From Eledone cirrhosa (lineage: Eukaryota), in NCBI GenBank assembly GCA_964016885.1, contig OZ024740.1, positions 211,916,001-211,980,000 of the forward strand: a DNA stretch of 64,000 nucleotides. The letters run 5' to 3'. The notes under the pieces are model-generated. The model ran no database searches. It saw nothing but the letters and a program-made list of their open reading frames with translations, and was not told the origin of the DNA. The translations under genes and the position numbers were made by a program. Below, piece by piece: positions 36,076 to 49,034 of the stretch (position 1 is its first letter; every line of letters begins with the position of its first letter).

Positions 36076-36785
36076 GATAATTTTATTCACAGTTGTATAA
36101 ATAGCATTGCAAATATTGATAGAAATATGAAAGAAATAGTAAAAAAAAAAAAGGATAAAAACGAAACCAAGCAACGAAGAGCCAAAAGGAGGCGTAAAGA
36201 AGGGCAGATCTGACTGGATAGGAAAGTAGGAGAAAGGGCTATAAATACCATAAATGAGAGGAAAAGGACTATGAGGTTAGAAAAGGACTACGAGGTTACA
36301 AAAAGCAAGGACTATGAGGTTACAGAAGAAAGTGAGGGGAAGGGGAGAGGGTGATAGGCACAATGCCTGGGAAGGGTGGTGTTCGGGCTGCACTCTGCGG
36401 ACAAAACTGCAAGGGCATTACCGCAGACAATGGCCAGCGACACCCGCTGCAACAACCACCTCACCTCGCAGGGTACCTTCCTCAGACGGGCTGCTGACAA
36501 TCATATTTTACGCAGGAGAAGGGCAGTATGGTATCCGAGGACGCCTGAGGTCTCGACGGCGACCGGTACGAAGAGGAAGAGGCCGGACAAGCCCCGGTAT
36601 TTAGTTGCCTTCCTGTCCTCTACATTACGGGCCTCAGTCTATGGTTGAAGCGACTAAGTTGGAGATGGAGAACGTGTCACAGCATGTGTCAGCTCAGATG
36701 AGGGATTTACCTCCTTTGAATGGGAAGGGGGTAATTCCGTCAGAGCGTTTGCTCCATTGTTGAGGCCTGCTGGCTCCAGTTGTGA
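36075..36785 (-). mobile_element. CRE-like non-LTR element 3' fragment (restriction-like endonuclease)
   Basis: LEPAGL..DGIT..CDTF..KY..EVRWLLQRVSLAIVCGNA. Confidence 0.75.
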
Positions 36786-36789
36786 TATA

Positions 36790-38330
36790 AACCTTACAAA
36801 TACACCGAACCAAAATACACGATCAATGCGACAGAAAGAAAGGGAAACAAAATCAAAACCGGCCATTAATTCACTACCAATGCGACAACGGAATTTTTTT
36901 AGGTAAGCCAACACGGGTGATGGCGAGGCTCAGGCGCTGAAACAACCAGACACCCTCAAGGGCATCACCTGACATCTCCATAAGGTGAGCCGCCAACGAT
37001 GACAAGAACTTTGCTGTCAGCGGTCCAGCTCCGCCAAACATCTCGAACGCCACAGGCTGGAAAAATAATTATTTGATAGTTCTCGGTATTTTCTGATTTT
37101 ATTCTGTTTGGTGGCAATCGAAGCAGTGACCCTCACATTTAACACGACATCCATGATGTGAGAGGGAGCAAAAGAGTCACAGATGGTGGCGTTCCAGATG
37201 AGACATTTGCCTGTTATCCAGGGACTAAGGGTAAGGCCGTCTGGTCTCTCCCCATGACTTCTGAATAATCCAGCTGGCTCCAATTCTGAGGGGTATTTAC
37301 TCGAGCTAGAGCCCGCTTAATGATCATGTTTATCTCGGTGTGACAGACGAAGCAACAAGTATTCAGGCCACAGGACAAACCGTGGAGGCCTGTGGGGTCG
37401 TGGGACCTTCCACAACGATATTCAAATCCCAACAGACATCGGTTCCCACTTGGGGTGCAATGGAGATCTGGAGCTCGTCCTGACTAAACAAGAATAGTTT
37501 CTGCCAATCCGAAATGTTGTTGGATAAGCAAACATTCTTCAGCAGCTTGGAGAGAGTATGGACGAAACTGGTCCGAGCTCCCTTTGGGATTCTGTTGATG
37601 AGTTTCAACTTAAACTCGCCCTGGAGGGCAGCGGAAAAATCGTCAACAGGGATCTGAACGTCGGAGTTAGGTTCTGACCTCCAATATAAGTCGGAGCTGA
37701 AGTGACATTGGTTTCACGTCTGGTTTGAAAAATTTCGGCATTAGAATTGGGATTCAGACGGGGAGGAGAAGTTGGTGGGGGTAAGGTAACTATAGAGGTA
37801 GAGGGAGGAATCAGGCGAACAGCATTAACTCTGGCTTTGGGGCTCGGTTGGGGGAAAGGTGACGTTGGAGGCAAGCTAGGTGTTACAGGAGTGGTGGGGT
37901 GAATAAATGGATGAATAGGGCTAATTTTGGTTGAATTCGATGATGGAGGGGTAGGGAACGGGATGACAAAGGCTGATAGGATGTTACGAAACCGACCATC
38001 AATGTTAAATCTACCATTGGATGGGCATAGAAAAGGGATGCATGGACCGTACGGGAATAGGAGGTTGGGAGCGAGCTAAAACAGAGAAATAGATTCTGTA
38101 TTTGTGGCGAAATGTATGCAAGATGTTAAGATGAATGTTGTGTGTAAACATTTAAAACAGGAAATTCAATATGAGAGTAAAAACTGCAAAAATAGAACAG
38201 TGAGGCACTAAAACATTGAAGAGAGGAATTTGAAACTGAAAAAGGAATTTTGAGATGTACCAAAAACGAGGAAATGTGTTTGTAAACGTTTAAAACAATA
38301 AATTCGATAAAAGTCCTAAATTTAGAACTG
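36790..38330 (-). mobile_element. CRE-like element with N-terminus and RLE but no RT
   Basis: RIPKGAR..DWQKLFLF joined to GLHGLSC..IIKRAL..EPAGL..RPDGLTL.PW..WLFQRLSLAITR. Confidence 0.75.
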
Positions 38331-38416
38331 CGAGATATTAAAATATTGAGGAGGGGGAGTTAAAACTGAAGAAAGAACGTAAAAAGAAATCCTCAGATGT
38401 ACCAAAAACAGTGAAA

Positions 38417-39642
<1,226 letters not shown>

Positions 39643-39659
39643 ACATACACTCACTGTCC

Positions 39660-40290
39660 TATTAACACTTAGGAGCTTTGGCCCGAGCAAACATCCCTTC
39701 AATTTTGGAACCGTCTGGGTTGTCCAGATGGGAAAAGACTTGACGGTCTTACTCTGTGCTCCTGGTCAAGAGGCAGGTGTCTTACCTGGGACGTCACAGT
39801 TAGTGACTCTTTTGCTTCTTCCCACATCCTGGATGCAGCGGTAAGGGCGAGAGCTACAGCATCCGCAGCTGAACAGAACAAAATCCTAAAATACCGTGTT
39901 CTCTCCGCTAACTACATTATCCAGCCTGTGACGTTCAAGATGTTTGGGGGAGTCGGGCTACTGACAGCGAGGTTCTTATCTTCATTGGCGGCTCGACAAA
40001 CAGAGGTAACTAGTGATGCTCGTGAGGGCACTTGGTTGTTCCAGCACCTCAGCCTCGCCATCACCTCGGGTAACGCTGCAAGCGTGCTGGCTTCCTCAAA
40101 AATTAATAGAGAGGTTTCCCAGTGCTCCTCGCTATATTGTTATCTTTTGCTCTGGTAGCGGCTCGTTTGTCCAGCCCTTTCGCCTGCATTTTGTTCTATG
40201 TGGGCTATGTGGTCTAAGATGTGTGTATTACGTGTTTGTGTATTTTTGGCTCTTTCTTTTTTTCTTTTTCCCTTTCCTTTGTATATATTA
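39660..40290 (+). mobile_element. CRE-like RLE 3' fragment (duplicate at 41278-41892)
   Basis: ALARANIPSILEPSGL..RLDGLTL..WDVTVSDSFA..KY..WLFQHLSLAITSGNAASVL. Confidence 0.8.
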
Positions 40291-41897
40291 TATTTGTCAG
40301 TGTTTTCGTTCCAAACCGCCCTTCGTGTGGTTTTCTGCTAGCATATGTAGTGTGCATATTGGTATTATACGCAAATATATATGCATATAGATATATGTAA
40401 ATTGAAAAGTAAATTGACAATATCTTCTTCTTCACCCACTTATTTCTGAGAGGGTCGTGGGGGCAGAGTCCTTCTCAAACACTCCTTCCAGCAAGTCTGT
40501 CAGTAGCAAACATCTCTAACTTATCCAGCTGGATCCTAAAGCGTAACCAGCCAAGCTCATGGTTGTTATCCAACTATCTTGCTCAGAGTCTACCCCTGGG
40601 TCTCTTGCCGGTTGGTTTTGCCTGTAAAATCTGTCCAGCGATTCTTTACTGAGACATTCTAACCACATGGTCATAATATCGAAGTTGTGATCTCTCAATT
40701 CGGAGAAGTAGCGGCTCTACCAGGAGTGACTCTCTGGTCCCTGAACTATGCACTTTATCGAGTAAGGTTACTCCAAGGACCCTTCGGAGGAATCCCATTT
40801 CTGCCGCTTTTATTTGCAATTGTATTATTTTGGTCATTACTCAAAAGTCTTAATCCCCGGTAAGAGTTGGCAGGAATACCAGGAAGACAGCGAGTTTGGC
40901 TTTTACACCTACCCCCCCCCCCTTCATCTGATTGCTGAATGCTGAGGCTGGCGCATTACTGCATCAGCTTTTGCAATTCTTGCACTTAATTAAGCCTCCT
41001 GCCTTCCATCACTCATGAACACGGTTCCAAGATACTTACATTTCTCGAACTTCTTCAGTAGAACTCCTTTCACATGTATATAAATTTGAGGGACTTCTGT
41101 CCACCCGTCCATCACGCGATATGTATGTGTGTTTGTGTGAATGTATGTGTGTGTAAAAGGAAGGAAAGGGATACACATATATATATATGTATAATTTAAA
41201 AACAGTGACACATACACGTGTCTCTAATTTAAGAACGCCGACAAAATCACGCGCGCGCACATACACACACTGTCCACTTAAGAACTTTGGCCCGAGCAAA
41301 CATCCCCTCAATTTTGGAACCGTCTGGGTTGTCCTGAATTGATGGGAAAAGACTTGACGGTCTTACTCTGTGCTCCTGGTCAAGAGGCAGGTGTCTTACC
41401 TGGGACGTCACAGTTAGTGACTCTTTTGTTTCTTCCCATATCCTGGATGCAACAGTAAGGGCGAGAGCTACAGCTTCCGCAGCTGAACGGAACAACATCC
41501 TAAAATACCGTGTTCTCTCCGCTAACTACATTATCCAGCCTGTCGCGTTCGAGACGTTTGGGGGAGTCGGGCTACTGACAGTGATGTTCTTATCTTCACT
41601 GGCGGCTCACCAAACAGAGGTAACTGGTGATGCTTGTGAGGGCACTTGGTTGTTCCAGCACCTCAGCGTCGCCATCACCCCAGGTAACGCTGCGAGCGTG
41701 CTGGCTTCCTCAAAAATTATTAGAGAGGTTTCCCAGTGCTCCTCGCTATATTGCTATCTTTTGCTCTGCTAGTGGCTCTTTTGTCCACTCTTTCGCCTGC
41801 ATTTTGTTCTATGTGGTCTAAGATGTGTGTATTACCTGCTTGTGTATTTTTCTCGTTTTTTTTCCTTTCCCTTTCATTTGTATATATTATATTGAAT

Positions 41898-42250
41898 AGG
41901 CAGTATCAGTAGAAGGTCGGACGCCATACTTTACAACATAGTTACGTCCCTTTACGGTCTGAGTTCAAATCCCGTCGATAAAATAAAGTACCAGTAATGC
42001 ACTGGATAATTGCTGGCCTTGTGCCAAAAGTAGAAACAATTATTAAAACAATTATTATTATGGTGGATTGGCAGTATCGGTAGAGGGTCGGATGCATGCT
42101 TTGCAGCATAGAGTTACGGCCCTTTACGATCTGAGTTCAAATCCAACCGGGGTTAACTCTGCCTTTCATCCTTACGGGGTCGATAAAATAAATTACCAGT
42201 AATACACTGGGATAATTGCTGGCCTTGTGCCAAAAGTAGAAACAATTATA
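41898..42250 (+). mobile_element. Two tandem tRNA-derived SINEs (more at 44056-44252 +, 47425-47490 + partial, 48795-48995 -)
   Basis: Same SINE consensus as at 32 kb. Confidence 0.85.
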
Positions 42251-42277
42251 TTTGTTAGTGTTTTCGTTCTGTAACCA

Positions 42278-43480
42278 TTATATTAAATGAGTTTTTAAAA
42301 AAAGAGTTAATAAATAAATAAAGAGTTAATGAATAAATAAAACGTTATACTTGTTTTCCAATTCACCGAACGCTGCTATCATGAATGTATGTGTGTGTGT
42401 TTATGTAAATGTGTGTATGTTTGTGTGAAAGTATGTGTGAAAGTATGTGTATTTGCGTGAATGTCCGTGAGCGTCTATTTTTATAAGTTTGTGTTTGCGC
42501 GATTATACTTATATACTCATAATAGTTATATACTCAAACATATAGTTGTATGTATGTGCACACTCATACGCGTCAGCGTGTAGAAAATCATAATCTCTCT
42601 ATCTCTCTCATCACACACTCTCTCTTTCTATATATATGGTAGTTGAAGTGGTGGTGGTGGCAACGATACACGGGAAGTGTAGAAATGTGAATGAAAATTT
42701 GAAAAGAAGTCAATTTTAAATTATTTATAGTTACGAAATTTAGTTTCGAAATTTAGGGCGTAAATTACGTAATATTCATTCATTATTTATTCAAAGTAAT
42801 CCAACTTATTTTACTAACTGGATTAAAAGAAATAAACCGTACGCAGTCCCGCAGACCTTACTTTATTATAGTTTAGATTTTTATACAAATGAGTTTTAAA
42901 AAAAAGAGTTAAACTGTGTTGTTAATAAATAAGTAGAACGTTATACTTGTTTTACCCTCCCATTTCCAATTCATCGAACGCTGCTATCATGTTTGTATGT
43001 GTGTGTTTGTTTAAATGTATGTGTGTGAAAATATGTGTATTTGTGTGAATGTATGTTCTTGAGCGTGTATAAGTTTTATAAGTTTGTGTTTGCGCGATTA
43101 TAGTTATATACTCATAATAGTTATATACTCATACATATAAATGTATGTATGTACATATACATACGCGTCAGCGTGCTGAAAATCGTAATCGCTCTATCTG
43201 TATCTCTCTCATCACACACTCTCTCTTTCTATATATATGGTAGTTGAAGTGGTGGGCGTGGCGGCGATATACCAGAAGTGTAGAAATTTGAAATTTTGAA
43301 AAGAAGTCAATTTCAAATAAGCAATAAAATCATTTATATTAAATTTAATAAAAATTTAGTACATAAATTATGTAATATTCATTCATTATTTATTCAAAGT
43401 AATCCAACTTATTTTACAAACGGGATAAAAAGAAATAAACCGTACGCAGTCCCGCACTCCTTACTTTATTATAGTTAAGA
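42278..43480 (-). repeat. Tandem pair of ~600-bp units, possibly non-autonomous Helitron-type
   Basis: Both units end ccgtacgcagtcccgca..cttactttattatagtt; minus-strand start resembles TCTA..TATAATAAA Helitron-like 5' ends. Confidence 0.6.
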
Positions 43481-44052
43481 TATAACGGCTATCTGGCCCT
43501 GTGCCGTGCTAAAGGGTAGATGTGTATTTGTATACACCTTTCAACTGCGGACGTTTTATATTCTTGATAATTCTAATTTATTTCGATATTGTTAGAGACT
43601 TGGCTCCTTGGACAACACATCCACACAAACACTCACACACAAACACTCACATACACATACACACTCACAAAAGTGTAGCCAATCATCTAAGAACGATAGT
43701 TAAAAATAATTATTACATACACACACATCTACACAATCATACACATAAACAGACTCAGAGAAAATAACCATCACATGCACACACATATGTGTGTGAGTAT
43801 GTGTGTGTGTGTGTATATACATTTATATGTATGAGTAACACAGGTGTAGCGAACGCTGTTCTCTGTTTTCTATAGTTTGTCACAGTCCTCTTCCTTCCAC
43901 ACTCATCACATAGATGTGTGTGTATGTAATCATTATTTTGTATAATGTATATGTTTATGTATATGTATGTATTCATATTCAAATACTGAAACAGATGAGT
44001 TACCTCTCTTTGCGTGACGTACAAAAACACGAGAGCATTATATATTATAGAT
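43480..44052 (-). mobile_element. Possible non-autonomous Helitron
   Basis: Minus strand starts tctataatatataatg and ends with a GC-rich subterminal stem (ccctttagcacggcacaggg). Confidence 0.4.
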
Positions 44053-44769
44053 TATAAAGGCGGTGGATTGCCAGTATCGGTAGAGGGTCGGACGCCATGC
44101 TTTGCAGCATAGAGTTATGTCCCTTTACGGTCTGAGTTCAAATCCCGACTAGTTTAACTTTGCCTTTCATCCTTACGGGGTCGATAAAATAAAGTACCAG
44201 TAATGCACTGGGATGATTGATGGCCTTGTGCCAAAAGTAGAAATAATTATATATTAGTAGATTATTTGGATGATCGTGCTGGTAGTTGATTGTGTTGTGG
44301 TATTGATTCGTTTGTTGCGAGCGTGCTCACTTGTAGCTTGCTGTATCGTGTGGTCACTGTTGTGTGACACAGTGTGACCAGAGGTTGCATGTGTGCAGGT
44401 AAGTGAGTGTTCAATAAGATGATGATGATATGATAGTTCCTTGATCACGCAGAAAATGAATATATCTAAATGAATATATCTAAATGAACCACGATGACAC
44501 CAAACCGCCATATTATTAATTTATTGAAAATAACTCACGCCGGAGCTATACGAAAAATAGACAGGAATTATGTACGTTATTTGTTTGTTACCAAGAAAAC
44601 ATCATGAACTTCACTGGCTTTGTTAAGAGAGAGACCAAGAGATAGAGATTGAGTGAAAGAGAGAGAATAAATCGCCATTTATTTCAATCACTATTCTGAA
44701 GATATTCACGTAACTTTCACTCAATTTTCCATTTAATCCCCATTTTAATTTTTAAAACAGTTTTCGTGA

Positions 44770-46090
44770 AAAATGTTCTCACTCTTTTCAAGAGGAGACG
44801 GGGTAGATGTAGATGATCAGTATACTACAGTGAAGCAAAGACGAGTACAGTTAGCCAGAGAAAGGTCACTAGAGACCCATGCATCAACGAAAGCAAAGAC
44901 ATGAAAACGACCAGAGGAGAGATGCTGCATGCAAACAATAGCAAGGGAAAAATAATTAGAATAATTACGCCAGAAAAATGCAATCCGCCGGAGCCAAGAA
45001 CCAAGAGTCAAAAGAGGAAAGAGAAAAAAGTTTAAAGGATGCCAATGAGACAATAGGTCAGCGAGAGATTAGACAACGAAAAAACCAGGAGCAAACAGTT
45101 GCTGCAAGACTTCGCCGATCCTCAGAGGAGAGACGTAAGCGTCTTGATCAAAATAGGCTGAATAAGTTTCACAAAAGAGTTACACCTTTCAAGGGGAGTT
45201 GGAAAGGTTCAACTTTCAACTATGATCCAAAACATGATTATTCTACAGAGATATTGATTGATATTGGAGCAATGTCAAAAGAGTGCAGTTTTTGTAAAGG
45301 AAAGAAATGGGAAAGAGAAACCACCACTATGTGTTGTGATGGAGGAACAGATACTTTGAAGCTATTGTTTTGGGAAACACATCAAGTAGCATCCACTCCT
45401 TGAAAACATTACGAATTATAATTCTGCTTTCCAAATGACCTCCTTTGGTAGTAATATTTTAAGAGAAGGGAACATGAAGCCAACTTTTAAAGTTCAAGGT
45501 CAACTATACCATTGTATTGGATCTTTGTTACCAACTGATGGCAAAAATCCTCAGTTTTTACAGCTATAATTTGTGGCAAATTACAAGGGGCAGGCTTTGC
45601 AACGATCATTTAACCTTCCAAATTTGAAAGACGAGTTAATCTTTGATTTGCAAGATATGTTGCATGCAAACAATAGCTACATCAAAAACTTCAAATATGC
45701 ATTATAACCTGCACTGCTCACTGAATATAAGATAGTTATTGATGCAGACATAAAGCCTGTTGCTGAACTCTGAGGCTGCTACAATGCCCCTGCTGCAAAT
45801 GAAGTAGCAGCAATTATTACAGGCGACGAGTATGGGAAGAGAGATATTATTTAAGGAAGAGGAAATAAGATGAAACGGATAAATGTAACCCACTGATCAT
45901 ATGGTGCACTCCAGTATCCATTAATCTGTGTATTTGGCCAAGATAGATATCACTTTGGTATAAAAGAAACAGGTCTTAAAAGAAGAGTTCCTGCACTGAC
46001 AAAAATAGTAAGCTGCATGGAATTCTATGATTACCTTTTCATATTAAGAGAGCAAGACATCAAAATTCTTCATCGTTCACGCGACCTCTT
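44770..46090 (+). mobile_element. Helitron Rep/helicase N-terminal remnant
   Basis: IGAMSKECSFCKGKKW..CCDGG, YNSAFQMTSFG, FKVQGQLYHCIGSLLP, YNAPAANEVAAII, ALQYPL, LFQQFAVD. Confidence 0.85.
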
Positions 46091-46112
46091 CCAGCAATTT
46101 GCAGTTGATGTG

Positions 46113-46207
<95 letters not shown>

Positions 46208-46236
46208 TAGCAGCTGAGGCCACTTTTTATTAAGTT

Positions 46237-46845
46237 AATAATTTGAAAAATATTATTGAAAGTTTATTATAAAGAAGCAGTTTCAGGTAAAAATAATAGA
46301 AATATGCACTTGGGGCTGGACGGCGTACAATGAGAAGTGGAGCGACGTGAAAAGCGTTGTTTATTAACAGCGAAATAGCAATGTCGATGATATGCAATTT
46401 GAAAAATACTACTTACTGTTAGTGGTGGTTAACATGTATTAGAATTAAAATAAAAACCGCGTTCCTTCTTCGCAATTTAAGGGTTTTATTTTTTTGATGG
46501 AAAACAGTGACCGTACTGCAGAATCGATTTCATAAAACGGTACTGTATGATCGTTAAATGTAGATGGATGATAGTTTATTAACAGCGAAATAGAAATGTC
46601 GATGATATGCAAGTTTAAAAATGCATAAAAATGATAATGAAACGTACTGTAGAAGGCAACAGTTTATTAGTCTGCATTTTCAAACTTGCATATCATCGAC
46701 ATTGCTATTTCGCTGTTAATAAACAACGCTTTTCACGTCGCTCCACTTCTCATTGTACGCCGTCCAGCCCCAAGTGCATATTTCTATTTTTTTTCCTGAA
46801 ACTGCTTCTTTATAATAAACTTTCAATAATATTTTTCAAATTATT
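46237..46845. repeat. Inverted repeat, ~170-bp arms (46237-46406 / 46676-46845)
   Basis: Reverse-complement arms; partial direct copy at 46573-46625. Confidence 0.9.
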
Positions 46846-47619
46846 GGTACTGTATGTTAACAGCGAAAGAACGTTGATGAGTTTAAAAATTTGTATGAAA
46901 TTGTAAATAACTCATCCAAGTAATAGAACAAGGGGAAATAACTCACCGAACGCGATAGTAAATAGACCGTTTGGGGCTCTAGGGGCCACATTTTTCAAGT
47001 TAGGTGTGTAAATTTTCATGTCCGTCCGACCACGTCTACTACCATTTAACCGTTCACATCTGAATTTCAACCACCACCCATTTCACAAATATATATTAGG
47101 TGTGTGTGTGTGTGTGTGTGTGTAAAGACAGAGAGACAGAGAGGGATGTCTGCGCGTTCTTTGTTTCGCGAACAGCATCTCTAATTGAGTCAGTGAAGAT
47201 TTGTGTGGGTGTGTCAGTGTGTGTGTGTGTGTGTGTGTCGTCACACAATAGATCAAAGTATCAGTAGGTTTGTCGTTTTACAGCAGTCATTGAAAGTTAG
47301 GTGATACTAACTACAACACAAACCTATTTTACAGAACACAGAAAAAATTGATTCTATTTGAAATTAATCTACGGTGTATATTAATTTTTCTTTTTGACGA
47401 TAGTGTCATATTATTATTGACCTAATAAAGTACCAGTAATGCACTGGGTAATTGCTGGCCTTGTGCCAAAAGTAGAAATAATTATTATTGACCTAATTCA
47501 GATGACAGTGTCAACCTATTCTCTAAGGCTGCGATTTGCATTTATATCTATTTTTTTATATTGATTTGTATTGTTTGTTCGTTTTTTCACGATATTTTCC
47601 AAGAAAATTAATTTCATCA

Positions 47620-48235
47620 TGTCACCAAAATACCGCTCATCTATCGCTGTAGTTACAATGTCAGCCAAACGGTTGAAATCTCCAAGCGAAAGAGAAACTC
47701 AGAGACGGGAAACAGAAAGACGATCGCAACTTTCTGAAAGTGAACAGAACTTGAGACGGGAAACAGAAAGATTAAGGCAAGAATAAAGACAACCTCAACA
47801 AACAGAGGCTGAATATGAAAATCACCAAGAGGCAATGAGAGTTGCGATACAAACACGGCGGGCACAAAGGACTCTTCAAGGCAGAATAAACTGGCTAAGA
47901 GCTGCGTTTTCATATGATCCATCGAGAAATTATAGAAATGATCCTAAAGTTGCGATTGGTAGCATGGATATTACACTTGGCATGTTACTTAGGAGGAAAG
48001 GTCAGACCTCCACTGATAGAGGATCCTCCAGCTTTTATCCATATACTACTTACAGACCGTACTAACGAAGCTAAACACCTCAGGAGCAATGTTATTCGGT
48101 ATATTGTTGCATTTCAGATGACGTCCTTTGGAGCTGAAAAAGATCATACTGGCTATGGTTATTTCACATTTAAAATCCAAGGACAATGCAAACATTTAAT
48201 CAGCAGTTTACTCCCCCAGCCTAATAAGGATGTTA
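47620..48235 (+). mobile_element. Second Helitron Rep N-terminal remnant
   Basis: AFSYDP..VAIGSM, YIVAFQMTSFGAEK, FKIQGQCKHLISSLLP. Confidence 0.8.
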
Positions 48236-49034
48236 TTGTTTCTCTCTCTCTTTCTCACACGCTCCCTCTCACTCTCTCTCTCTTTCTCTCTCTCTTTATC
48301 TCTATCTACCCCTCTCTCTCATATTGTATATAAAGAAGTATTACATTTATGGTATAAATTATGACAATAATAATTAATGATAAAATAATTCCAACAATAA
48401 TATGATGAAATAAGAATTATATTTCGGAGTAATTATTCTGCCCTAGTTTTCTACAACTATGGAATTTCAATAGTGTCAAGTTGAGCATAATGAATTGCAG
48501 TGTTTGAGAGTAGAATCATTGTAGTAATTTCAATTTAATATGTACTCAAATACATATCTTATAATTTCAGAAATCGTCAACTTTGTTAAGAAGTAGATAA
48601 AGGACATGTTATTTTATTGTTTTTTTTTATATCATAACTTTGTAAGTTCACCAATTTGGTTGGAGTAGAAATGAAGAATCCACCAATTTAATTACCAACT
48701 ACAAACAATTTTTAAAGGATTGTAACGATCGAACTTGACACCAACTACAAACAATTTTCAAAACAAGTAAGATTGATGTTGCTGAGACAGCAATAATAAT
48801 AATGATTTCTGATTTAGGTACAAGGCCAGCAATTTTAGGGGCAGGGAAAGTCGATTAAATCGACCCCAGTGCGTGACTGGTACTTTATTTTATCGACCTC
48901 AGCAGGATTTAAACTCAGAACGTAAAGGGCCATAACTCTATGCTGCAAAAGCATGGTGTCTGACGCTCTACCGATACTGCTAATCCACCGCCCTTATACT
49001 ACTACTACTATTAATAATAATGATAATAATAATA

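Noticed and set aside
36261-36323. Three ~19-24 bp repeats (aaggactatgaggtta)
   Set aside because: No spacers, so not CRISPR; a short tandem repeat at the 3' end of a CRE-like fragment.
44056-44150. tRNA gene
   Set aside because: A- and B-box-like motifs belong to a multicopy SINE head; no complete cloverleaf.
48571-48770. Further host exons after tttcag (48570) and before gtaaga (48767)
   Set aside because: Early stops in all three frames after the acceptor and no good donor; not supportable without transcripts.
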